In this document: positions 7,930-15,738 of the stretch, one piece after another
How positions within the stretch are numbered: position 1 is the first letter of the stretch
Layout: the number at the start of each line of letters is the position of its first letter
NCBI GenBank assembly: GCA_944376905.1
Contig: CALWEA010000001.1
Location: forward strand, 214,676 to 278,675
Direction of reading: 5' to 3'
Source of the DNA: an uncultured Clostridia bacterium
Lineage (GTDB): Bacteria > Bacillota > Clostridia > Christensenellales > UBA1242
Length of the DNA: 64,000 nt
The notes under the pieces: model-generated
Database searches by the model: none
Told to the model about the DNA's origin: nothing
Seen by the model: only the letters and a program-made list of their open reading frames with translations
Made by a program: the position numbers and the translations under genes

Positions 7930-9222
7930 CTATTTTTTTATAAACTTTGCAACTTGGCGAGCTAGAACTATGGAAAGCAACGGAGGTACAGCGTTTCCTA
8001 TTTCTAAATTTTTCATACTAGTTGAACCATAGAATTTATAACTATCTGGAAAACTCTGCAATCTGGCTCCTTCTCTAGTAGATAAAGCTCTTGAATCCCT
8101 TGGATGAATGCATCTTGAAGAAGAAGGACAAGCAAAATTTCTAGTAATAGTTGGAGCTGGCTTTTTCCACCACATTTTTGCATATGTATTTCCAAAACCG
8201 CTTTTAGGTCTTAGTTCTTCAGGTAAATCATTTTTTGAACCGCCATCTGGTAAAGCTTTCATTAATTTTATTAAGTGAGGCCCGTTTTTAGGTGAAATAT
8301 TATCTTTTAATTTTTCACAATCATGTACAAATTTCTGAAAATCATTTTTAGGATCTGAAGCATATTCGGTTTTCTCTTCGCCACTTTCCATAATTGGTAA
8401 ATCACTTAAAGCATCTTCTAAAGTAACATATGGCTTTAATCCTTTTGCTGTGCCATGTGTTGGAGAAGGATACTCAAAAGTATTTACACCTTTCGTTCCA
8501 ACCAAAATCACTCTTTCTCTTATTTCTGGCACTCCATAATCTGCAGCGTTTAAAATCTTATATTTCAAATCATATCCAATGTCTTCAAAACATTTTTGCA
8601 CTTCTTTAAATAAAGTCCCTTTGTTCATACTAAGAATTCCTGTTACATTTTCAAACAAAAATATTTTAGGTTGAATTATTTTAAGAATTCTGCAATATTC
8701 TTCAAATAAATGAGCTCTATCGTCATCTTGCCTTTTCCCTAATGTTGAGTATGATTGACATGGTGGTCCTCCGACAACAACATCAACTTTATTGGGTAAC
8801 TCTTGCTTTAATAAATCTTCTGTCAAATCCTTTATATCACAATTAATCATTTTTACATCAGGGTGATTCAAAGAGTAAGCCTTCGCGATATCTTTATCAT
8901 ATTCATTTGCTAACAATACTTTAAAATTATTATTTTGATTAAATCCATAGCTTAACCCACCCACACCTGCGAATAAATCAACTACAGTTATTTGTTTCTT
9001 ATTAAATAAAATTGGCTCCTCTTTTTCTTCTAAATCAAGAAGCTTATTGCCATCTATTTTAAAAACCTTTCCAATCATCTGTAAGTTTTCATAACTTGGT
9101 TTACTATTGTTGTTTATCCACTCTGATACCTGTGTTTGTGTACATGAGATTTTTTTTGCAAAATCATTTTGATTTAATCCTTCATCATACATAATGTTCT
9201 TAACAAGTTCTCCAATCAACAT
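7930..9222 (-). CDS. DNA (cytosine-5)-methyltransferase with N-terminal XRE-type HTH domain
   Basis: Motif I is DLFAGVGGLSYGF, motif IV is GGPPCQSYS, motif VI is FENV, motif VIII is GVPEIRERV, motif IX is TREGARLQSFPD and motif X is GNAVPP. The N-terminal 60 aa (LNQNDFAKKISCTQTQVSEWINN) form an HTH_3-like domain. Confidence 0.9.
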   Translation of the reverse strand: MLIGELVKNIMYDEGLNQNDFAKKISCTQTQVSEWINNNSKPSYENLQMIGKVFKIDGNKLLDLEEKEEPILFNKKQITVVDLFAGVGGLSYGFNQNNNFKVLLANEYDKDIAKAYSLNHPDVKMINCDIKDLTEDLLKQELPNKVDVVVGGPPCQSYSTLGKRQDDDRAHLFEEYCRILKIIQPKIFLFENVTGILSMNKGTLFKEVQKCFEDIGYDLKYKILNAADYGVPEIRERVILVGTKGVNTFEYPSPTHGTAKGLKPYVTLEDALSDLPIMESGEEKTEYASDPKNDFQKFVHDCEKLKDNISPKNGPHLIKLMKALPDGGSKNDLPEELRPKSGFGNTYAKMWWKKPAPTITRNFACPSSSRCIHPRDSRALSTREGARLQSFPDSYKFYGSTSMKNLEIGNAVPPLLSIVLARQVAKFIKK

Positions 9223-9236
9223 TTTAGTTCCTCCAA

Positions 9237-9291
9237 AGGTATTATTTTATAGCAATACCTATAATTTAACACATTTACTATAAAAAGTCAA
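9237..9291 (-). promoter_or_regulatory. Candidate promoter plus palindromic operator of the HTH-methyltransferase gene
   Basis: On the minus strand TTGACT (9286-9291), a 17-nt spacer and TAAATT are followed by the palindrome AGGTATT-N10-AATACCT (9237-9260), which sits just upstream of SD GGAGGA. Confidence 0.35.
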
Positions 9292-9343
9292 TTTAATAAG
9301 AAGCTAAAATATTTAAATTTATTACATAGTATAAGTAACTATT

Positions 9344-9829
9344 TTATTCGTTATAAAGATTATTTATTGTCAATCCTTTTCTTTTGGCATAATTCATAGC
9401 GATTTTTGCACCGCTTGGATTATGCTTTTTGTTTACATAACAAATTAAAGTGTCGCAGTTATCTATCATTTGCTGATTGCTTACAACAATTTTTCTTTTG
9501 TAATGTTCTTCTTCTATATCATACATGGTTGTTTTAACATCGGAGTATGGGATGTATTTTTCATCACCAAAGATTGGGTCATGGTCAATAATTGGTTCTA
9601 TTTCTTTAAAACTTGTAATCACTACTTCTATTTCAATATCTTTATAAATATTTCTTAATTCTCTACAAACACTTAAAGCAAGTTTATCAAATTCGCCATG
9701 TGTTCCCATTGTGAAAAACTTACAACCTTTTTTAATTTCTTGCTCAACTACACTATATAGGCTTTCTCTTATTTCATTGTATTTAAAAACATTTCTATGT
9801 CCTATAAAACAAATTTTCCTTTTTTGCAT
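9344..9829 (-). CDS. SLOG-superfamily protein (DUF1273/YpsA-like)
   Basis: N-terminal KICFIGHRN motif and the overall length and layout (GTHGEFDKLA...; C-terminal ...NQQMIDNCDTLICYVN) resemble YpsA/DUF1273-type SLOG proteins often carried on mobile elements. Confidence 0.5.
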   Translation of the reverse strand: MQKRKICFIGHRNVFKYNEIRESLYSVVEQEIKKGCKFFTMGTHGEFDKLALSVCRELRNIYKDIEIEVVITSFKEIEPIIDHDPIFGDEKYIPYSDVKTTMYDIEEEHYKRKIVVSNQQMIDNCDTLICYVNKKHNPSGAKIAMNYAKRKGLTINNLYNE

Positions 9830-9940
9830 AAAAACTCCTTACAATATATTATGCGTCATCATATTAGGCAGTTGCAAGTGTTTTGTCATCAAAATAGGCA
9901 ATAATATCAGTAAAGTAGTAAACTTTATGGAGATATTATT

Positions 9941-10354
9941 ATGATTGACTTTATAAAATTGGTTGAAAATATATTGGAAGAACAAGGCAAAACTAAGCAA
10001 GACTTATTCAAAAACAATGTTATATCTGAAAACACTTTTTTCAAATACAGACAACGCTGTCCAAGTCTTAAAACTGTAATTAATGTTGCAAACTATTTAA
10101 AAGTTTCATTAGATTATTTATTTGATTTTACAAGTGAAAATCATTTTAAAGAGTATAAAGAAGATAAATTTCATTTTTATGAAAATTTAATCTCTTATAT
10201 TGATAGTAAGAAAATTTCCGCTAGACAATTTTGTAAAGATTTAGGTTATTCAAAAGATAATATTATTCGTTGGAAAAATGGAGTTCAACCAACAATTCAA
10301 AGATTATTAGAAATGGCAGAGTATTTTGGATGTTCTATTGATGATTTGATTTAA
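9941..10354 (+). CDS. Transcriptional regulator with two XRE-type HTH domains
   Basis: There are two HTH_3-like halves (KTKQDLFKNNVISENTFFKYRQ... and ISARQFCKDLGYSKDNIIRWKNG...). It is divergent from the SLOG gene. Confidence 0.6.
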   Translation: MIDFIKLVENILEEQGKTKQDLFKNNVISENTFFKYRQRCPSLKTVINVANYLKVSLDYLFDFTSENHFKEYKEDKFHFYENLISYIDSKKISARQFCKDLGYSKDNIIRWKNGVQPTIQRLLEMAEYFGCSIDDLI

Positions 10355-10370
10355 TAACTAGCATAAAAAT

Positions 10371-10393
10371 AGCCGAGAGTTTTGCTCCCGGCT
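10371..10393. terminator. Bidirectional rho-independent terminator
   Basis: AGCCGAGAG-TTTTG-CTCCCGGCT (9 bp, 1 mismatch) is flanked by an A-run and a T-rich run, between convergent genes. Confidence 0.6.
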
Positions 10394-10399
10394 GTTTAT

Positions 10400-10714
10400 T
10401 TAATTATTGTTTGAAATGTATAATTTATCTGCAACTTTTATTGCTTTATGAGTGCTACCGTTTATTATTTGGTCCATGTATTCAGGTTTACCATCAGCAG
10501 TTGCTCGTAAGAAAATATGGTTGTTATCTTCCTCTGCTGGTTCTATGTTTATGTCTATAATGTTTTCAAGTTTATTTACTTCTAGCACTTTTAATCCTTT
10601 TTGTATTAGGTATGAACTAAATTGCCATAGTTTTTCAAACATTCCGTTTGAGTCTATGATAAAGCAAAAGTCGTGTTCTGGATAGTAACCTGTAATTCTA
10701 AAATAATTTGTCAT
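10400..10714 (-). CDS. Hypothetical protein (104 aa); intact paralogue of the pseudogene at 21727..22038
   Basis: SD AGGAGG is upstream and the gene is last in the minus-strand operon. A near-identical second copy exists at 21.7-22.0 kb. The plus-strand ORF 10452..10685 is its antisense shadow. Confidence 0.6.
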   Translation of the reverse strand: MTNYFRITGYYPEHDFCFIIDSNGMFEKLWQFSSYLIQKGLKVLEVNKLENIIDINIEPAEEDNNHIFLRATADGKPEYMDQIINGSTHKAIKVADKLYISNNN

Positions 10715-10726
10715 AATAATTTCCTC

Positions 10727-12040
10727 CTATATGGCAAGTTGCCTTAATTGTTTATTTGCGTATGGTAACCATACTTTGTTTATAAAGTTCATAACTTTGC
10801 TATCTGGTTTTGAATTGTGGTCAGCATAGCATTGTAATATTTTGTGATTTTTTAGTGAATATTCAAGTGTAACAAATGGTTTGTTAGGTTTGTTTTTATT
10901 TCTTATAAAGAATATTAAACTTTCTTCTCTTACAAATTTTTGGTCATAGTTCATACTACCAACGCAGTGATGAAGTTTTTTGCCTTCATACACTAAATCT
11001 TCTGGACTTGTTGGAATTATTGAAATATACATATCTTTTAGGTTGTGTTGCAAAGACAAATATTTGTTAGCAATGTTTAAAAACTTTAAGTTAAACGCTT
11101 TTCTTTCTTCTTCGTCTGCCTTTTGTTTTGCAGTTGTGTATTCATCAATTCGTATATCGTGCCAACGCTTAAAGTTGTGTGGTATTTTGTTCTTGTTTTC
11201 TTGCATATTTAGTTTTAAATATTTGCAAGCATTTAAGTAATCAATATACAAACTAGCGCCAATTTGCTGAGAAGTGATATAATTAAAAAATTGCTCAATG
11301 TTGCCATTAAACAATTCTTTTATTTCTCTATAATGTTCATTTTTTGAAAATGATTTAATAAATAGTTCTAGTTGTTGTGTTTTATCTAAATCTTTATTTT
11401 GTTTATATGCTGTAATAATGGTTGATACATAGTAACTTTTAAGATATATTTCAAGCCTATTTTTAATAAGCCATTTTCTAAACTGTTTATCTTTTTCAAT
11501 TAGTTTTAGTATTGTTTTACTTGTAGCGTAATATTTTAAATTTAGCTTCATTAAATATTCTGCTTGTGGATATTTCTCATAAGTTCGCAAGTATTTTATG
11601 TAGTCTTGATATGTATATTCATTTGCTAAACTATATTTATATTTTTCAAATTTTAAAGCATATTCACGATTAACAATAGGGGCAAATGGGTCAAAGTATT
11701 TGTCTTCGGCATAACCCCAATTTCCGTATTCATAATATTTTGGTTGCTTTTGTAGTCCTTGTTCATACCAACCAACACTATATCCTGCAATCCAAGTATA
11801 TTCTATATCTTTTATAAAGCAATCTTTTGAATTTACTCCGTGAATTGCAACTTGTTTACAATACCAATTTTTGCCTTTGTTTTTAACTGCAACTGTTACT
11901 TTAACAAGTTCTTTATCGTTGGTTGTAAGGTAAGCATAAAATCGTTTTTGACTGTTTTGATTTAATCTATCTTGTTTATCTGCTTTTTTAATCAAGTTTA
12001 GTATATATTTGGGAATAGGTTTAATCTTTTCAATTTTCAT
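10727..12040 (-). CDS. PcfJ-like protein (conjugative-plasmid family)
   Basis: The C-terminal region EGKKLHHCVGSMNYDQKFVREESLIFFIRNK..PFVTLEY matches my recollection of the PcfJ-like domain (HCVG motif). It lies directly downstream of a PcfK-like gene, as on pCF10-type elements. Confidence 0.55.
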   Translation of the reverse strand: MKIEKIKPIPKYILNLIKKADKQDRLNQNSQKRFYAYLTTNDKELVKVTVAVKNKGKNWYCKQVAIHGVNSKDCFIKDIEYTWIAGYSVGWYEQGLQKQPKYYEYGNWGYAEDKYFDPFAPIVNREYALKFEKYKYSLANEYTYQDYIKYLRTYEKYPQAEYLMKLNLKYYATSKTILKLIEKDKQFRKWLIKNRLEIYLKSYYVSTIITAYKQNKDLDKTQQLELFIKSFSKNEHYREIKELFNGNIEQFFNYITSQQIGASLYIDYLNACKYLKLNMQENKNKIPHNFKRWHDIRIDEYTTAKQKADEEERKAFNLKFLNIANKYLSLQHNLKDMYISIIPTSPEDLVYEGKKLHHCVGSMNYDQKFVREESLIFFIRNKNKPNKPFVTLEYSLKNHKILQCYADHNSKPDSKVMNFINKVWLPYANKQLRQLAI

Positions 12041-12043
12041 TTT

Positions 12044-12652
12044 TTACTCCTTTAAGGTTAGTTTATTTTCAAGTAATGATGCTAAAAATTTAGCGTTTTC
12101 TTTATCAAAATTATTTACAGGTGATTTACTTAAAATTTCACCCGTTTCTTTTGATATAATCTTTCCATTAAATTCAATAACACTTTCATTGTTTTGCGTT
12201 TGTTTTTCTTTTATATTTTCAACATTGTCATCTTTATTTGTGGATAAGTCCATAAGTTCAAAAAGCGTTGGTTGTTTATTTTCTTGTTTAGGTTTTGTTG
12301 TTGGTTTAGAAGGTGTTATAACTTTTATTTCAGGTTTATATTCAGTTCCATCTTCGTTATAAAGTTTGCCTTCAAGTTCATTTTCTTCAAAATAGTGAAT
12401 AGCCCAACCAAAAACTGTTTTATCTTCAATACAAGCATAATTTGCTCCTTGCTGTGCTAGTTTTCTTGCTTCTTCGTTTGCATATTGCATAAAAGTATCA
12501 AGCGTTTTTTTATTGATTAAAGTCTTATTATCTTTAACAATTTTCACGCCATTATTTATTTTGTCAGCAAGTTTTTCACTAACATTATTTTCTAAATATT
12601 CTTTGATTATTTCGTATTCCTTCTTGTTAGTTTCAAGATTTAGTTTAATCAT
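12044..12652 (-). CDS. PcfK-like / AcrIIA9-family protein
   Basis: The N-terminal domain FMQYANEEARKLAQQGANYACIEDKTVFGWAIHYFEE resembles the PcfK-like fold that NCBI annotates as the Cas9 inhibitor AcrIIA9 family. The C-terminal part is an acidic/Lys-rich linker. Confidence 0.55.
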   Translation of the reverse strand: MIKLNLETNKKEYEIIKEYLENNVSEKLADKINNGVKIVKDNKTLINKKTLDTFMQYANEEARKLAQQGANYACIEDKTVFGWAIHYFEENELEGKLYNEDGTEYKPEIKVITPSKPTTKPKQENKQPTLFELMDLSTNKDDNVENIKEKQTQNNESVIEFNGKIISKETGEILSKSPVNNFDKENAKFLASLLENKLTLKE

Positions 12653-12661
12653 AATTTCCTC

Positions 12662-13039
12662 CTAAAATGGTAGTTCTTTAAGTAATTCACAAATTTTACC
12701 TTCTAGTCTTTCTAATGTGGTAAAGTGATTAAAACCACCTTTGTAATCAACTTCATTTTTTGCTGTTCTAATAAGTATGTGGTTATACCAATCGTTGTTA
12801 AAATACCTAACATCACTAATTGAAATATATATACATCTATTTTCCATTCCACCTTTAATAAAGGCAGAAAAGCAATAGTGATTTTTGTTTACTTTTATCA
12901 AACGCCAATTATTGTTTTTACAAATAGTTTTAAGAAAGTTTATATACTTCGTTTGAAAAGATATGTAGTCGTTACCTGTGTAGCAACCAGATGAAAATTC
13001 ATAATTTATATATGATTTTAAAGCGTTTATATTTGCCAT
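12662..13039 (-). CDS. Hypothetical protein (125 aa) in the anti-defence operon
   Basis: ATG 13039 is preceded by AAAGGAG and is preferred over the track start at 13060, which overlaps the upstream gene. No recognisable motif. Confidence 0.5.
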   Translation of the reverse strand: MANINALKSYINYEFSSGCYTGNDYISFQTKYINFLKTICKNNNWRLIKVNKNHYCFSAFIKGGMENRCIYISISDVRYFNNDWYNHILIRTAKNEVDYKGGFNHFTTLERLEGKICELLKELPF

Positions 13040-13053
13040 TGTATTATTCTCCT

Positions 13054-13461
13054 TTAACATGTTCTAATAACACCACCATATTGTGGTTTAATTCCTATTG
13101 AGCCAAATTCACTAAAATTTTCTTCATCTTTGTTTACGACATAACATAAAGCAATATCGTGTTTAATATCGTCTTTGTCATAGTCCCATTCTTGTTCATG
13201 TTGAGATACATAAAGCAGTGAATATAACTCACCAAATTCTGTGTAATTGTGGATAACATGATAAACAACTGCATTGTATTTTTCTTCAAATCTTTTAACC
13301 ATTTCTTGTTGCTCATTATCTAGCCAAAATAAAATGCCACCATGTTCGCTAACATTGATGACATTTTCTTTTTCAAATTCTTTAATTGCTTGTGAATATA
13401 TTTTTAACATTTTCATTCTTTCAATAGCTTCTTGTTTTTGTTTGATTTTTAATTCTTCCAT
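13054..13461 (-). CDS. Hypothetical protein (135 aa) in the anti-defence operon
   Basis: Tightly packed behind ardA with SD AAGGAG upstream. The protein is acidic and I recognised no motif. Confidence 0.5.
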   Translation of the reverse strand: MEELKIKQKQEAIERMKMLKIYSQAIKEFEKENVINVSEHGGILFWLDNEQQEMVKRFEEKYNAVVYHVIHNYTEFGELYSLLYVSQHEQEWDYDKDDIKHDIALCYVVNKDEENFSEFGSIGIKPQYGGVIRTC

Positions 13462-13472
13462 AATTTAACTCC

Positions 13473-14024
13473 TTATATAATTTCAATTATTCCATTTTCA
13501 TATTCTTCTGCTGTACCTGAACCTATGTATTGTCCATAAGCCTCAAAATCTATAAAATCAATTAAATTTTCTGGTATGTTATAACAACAGTTTTCAAAGT
13601 ATTCTTTTCCATAGTCAGCCCAATCGTATCCTTTCCAAATGGTGATATCATCGTCCCAATGATTGCCACGAGAGTTTACTAAGTCTTTCCATTCTTCAAA
13701 ATTTCTAACTTCAAGATATGCTTGCATAACTTCGTATTTATAACTGTTTTCAAGCACTCCTGACTCTTGTAAAATTTCAAATAAATGTTTAGGGTGTTCA
13801 TAGTCCCAATTGTTGTAAACATCAATTCCTTCAATGTCTTGTATAAATAGTTCTTCATCAATGCCATTTAGTTCAAAGCCTTCTTTTTGGAGTTCTTCTT
13901 CAATTTCTTCCCAACTTGAATAGTCGGAAAGAGTTAACCATTTTGAACCTAATGCTTTTTCGTTACAAGCGTTGTATGAGCCCCAAGAACCAATAACAAT
14001 TTTAATTTCATCTAATGTGTTCAT
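13473..14024 (-). CDS. ardA: Antirestriction protein ArdA
   Basis: The N-terminus IKIVIGSWGSYNACNEKALGSKWLTLSD and the DEELFIQDIEG motif, plus the C-terminus NLIDFIDFEAYGQYIG...YENGIIEI, parallel Tn916 Orf18/ArdA (YIANLGKYNEG..., AIHDYE, NYIDYQAYGRDL...GIFEI). The protein is strongly acidic. Confidence 0.75.
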   Translation of the reverse strand: MNTLDEIKIVIGSWGSYNACNEKALGSKWLTLSDYSSWEEIEEELQKEGFELNGIDEELFIQDIEGIDVYNNWDYEHPKHLFEILQESGVLENSYKYEVMQAYLEVRNFEEWKDLVNSRGNHWDDDITIWKGYDWADYGKEYFENCCYNIPENLIDFIDFEAYGQYIGSGTAEEYENGIIEII

Positions 14025-14036
14025 AGTTTTTACTCC

Positions 14037-14300
14037 TTAATCATTAATTTTTTCAAAGTTGTCAATATCTATTTTTGAAAATTGACAACCATATTCAAAG
14101 TATAAATTGTTGTTTTTATCTTTTTTCAAATCGTATTCAATAACACTGATTTTTCCAAGATTAGTAACTGCAAGTTTAATAATCATTTTGTCAGTGTTAA
14201 TGTCAACAATGTTAAAAGTGATATCGTATTCACCATTGAAAAACTGAAATTCTTTTAAATACAATTTTTCTATTGAATACTTTTCATTTTCTTTTTTCAT
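14037..14300 (-). CDS. Hypothetical small protein (87 aa), first gene of the anti-defence operon
   Basis: SD AAGGAGG is upstream of ATG 14300. The gene is followed 12 nt later by ardA. Confidence 0.5.
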   Translation of the reverse strand: MKKENEKYSIEKLYLKEFQFFNGEYDITFNIVDINTDKMIIKLAVTNLGKISVIEYDLKKDKNNNLYFEYGCQFSKIDIDNFEKIND

Positions 14301-14311
14301 ATGTTAAACCT

Positions 14312-14581
14312 CCTTATATAAATTTGCCTTTTGGCGAAAGTGGCGAAGTAGCATTGTTTGGTAAGAAGGTTGTTTTATTTTTAATTTTTAAGTAGGAGTC
14401 AACGAAAAAGAAGAAAATATTGTATTAAAATTTATTGATTGCAACAAAAAAGACCAGGTTAAAAACCTAGTCTTATTAAATACATTTATTATGTTATTAA
14501 ATTGTTTAAGCAATATTTACTTCCGTTTACTCCTACGAAAACTATGCTACAAAAGACACTCAAAAGGCAAAGAGATATAAG
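14312..14581. repeat. ~270-nt interrupted palindrome (long imperfect hairpin) between gajB and the anti-defence operon
   Basis: Collinear complementary blocks are: 14313-19/14575-81 (7), 14323-33/14561-71 (11), 14339-42/14557-60 (4), 14348-54/14544-50 (7), 14392-404/14524-36 (13, 1 mismatch), about 14409-14435/14495-14520 (about 25, several mismatches), and the apex 14450-60/14465-74. Confidence 0.7.
14450..14480 (-). terminator. Rho-independent terminator of the Gabija operon (apex of the long palindrome)
   Basis: On the minus strand AAGACTAGGT-TTTT-AACCTGGTCTT is followed by TTTTT. It lies 140 nt downstream of the gajB stop. Confidence 0.5.
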
Positions 14582-14613
14582 GGAGAATTATATTTTGTTT
14601 AATTTATATTTGT

Positions 14614-15738
14614 TTAAGGAAGTTTATAAACACATAAATCATTTATTTTAATTTTTTTTAATTTATGTACATATTTTTGATCTTCGATAACTATAAAACA
14701 AGCATATTTTGCACGAGTTAACGCAATATATGTATTTGACCTTGTTTTATTTTTTAGTTCTAATGGTTTAAAAAACCAACTTATCATGTCTTTTGTTAAA
14801 AATAATAAAGTATAGTCAAACTCTAACCCTTTAGATTTTCCAACATTTATTGATTTTAAATTACCATTATAATAATTTTTATTATATCTGATTACTATCG
14901 GGTTTATTAATTTGGTTAATTTATCCATTTCTTCTGGAAAAATAAAATAAATACCATTGAATTCCCCTGTTTCGTTTAAATCAGATAATGATGGTTGTAA
15001 ATCAGGATATAAATTGTTTGCTTTTTCAATTATTTCTTGATTGCATCTATGAGTTGTATTTAAGGTATTTTCATCAATTTGACATAAATCTTTACAATGA
15101 GTTGAGAAAAATTTTTTTATTTCAAATCCAGAGTATTGTTTATATTTACTATCATAATGAGTAGTAAAAGTGCTTTGTCTAGGATCACCAACCATTATCA
15201 CTTTAATACCACTTTCCATTATATTTTTAATTAATTGAAAATCATAGCCAGCCATATCTTGAATTTCATCTATAAAAATATAATCATATAATGTTTTAAG
15301 TCTATTTAAAACAAGATTATTATTAATAACATTACATTTAATTGCAAATTTTGATATTTTATCAGAAAAAATGTACATTTCTTTTGAAAAATAATGATGC
15401 TTTAAATCTGATTCTGGCCAGCAGACAGGCACCCCATTCAAATAACATCTTACAGCAGATTTCCCTGAAATTAATATCAAACCATTAATTTCTTCTTTTA
15501 GTATTTTCCCTTGAAATGGTCGCACGCAATGCTCTAAAAGAAAGGAAAACCAAGGTTGCACTTTTATAAAAGATGGAATAGATTTATTTTTTTTAATAAT
15601 TTTATTTTTAATCGATTCTGTATTTTCATCAGTAAAAGTAGTTATTAAAATTCTTTTATTATTCATCTCTAATGCTTTATTAACTAGAAATGTTGTTTTA
15701 CCTGCGCCAGCACATGCGATTAATAATTTACTATCCAT
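14614..15738 (-). CDS. gajB: Gabija GajB, compact UvrD/PcrA-like superfamily 1 helicase (374 aa)
   Basis: Walker A is ACAGAGKTT, motif II is IFIDEIQDM, motif III is VGDPRQS, with GKSKGLEFD and YIALTRAK also present. ATG 15738 (MDSKLL) follows GAGGGG and overlaps the gajA stop by 8 nt (ATGGATAG). It is preferred over the track start at 15759. Confidence 0.7.
   Translation of the reverse strand: MDSKLLIACAGAGKTTFLVNKALEMNNKRILITTFTDENTESIKNKIIKKNKSIPSFIKVQPWFSFLLEHCVRPFQGKILKEEINGLILISGKSAVRCYLNGVPVCWPESDLKHHYFSKEMYIFSDKISKFAIKCNVINNNLVLNRLKTLYDYIFIDEIQDMAGYDFQLIKNIMESGIKVIMVGDPRQSTFTTHYDSKYKQYSGFEIKKFFSTHCKDLCQIDENTLNTTHRCNQEIIEKANNLYPDLQPSLSDLNETGEFNGIYFIFPEEMDKLTKLINPIVIRYNKNYYNGNLKSINVGKSKGLEFDYTLLFLTKDMISWFFKPLELKNKTRSNTYIALTRAKYACFIVIEDQKYVHKLKKIKINDLCVYKLP

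Noticed and set aside
10452-10685. Plus-strand ORFs 10452..10685 and 21749..22006, which encode very similar 77-85-aa hydrophobic proteins
   Set aside because: They are the antisense shadows of the duplicated minus-strand gene (10400..10714 and 21727..22038). That gene has an SD, operon context and a sensible sequence. The similarity between the two shadow ORFs only reflects the DNA duplication.
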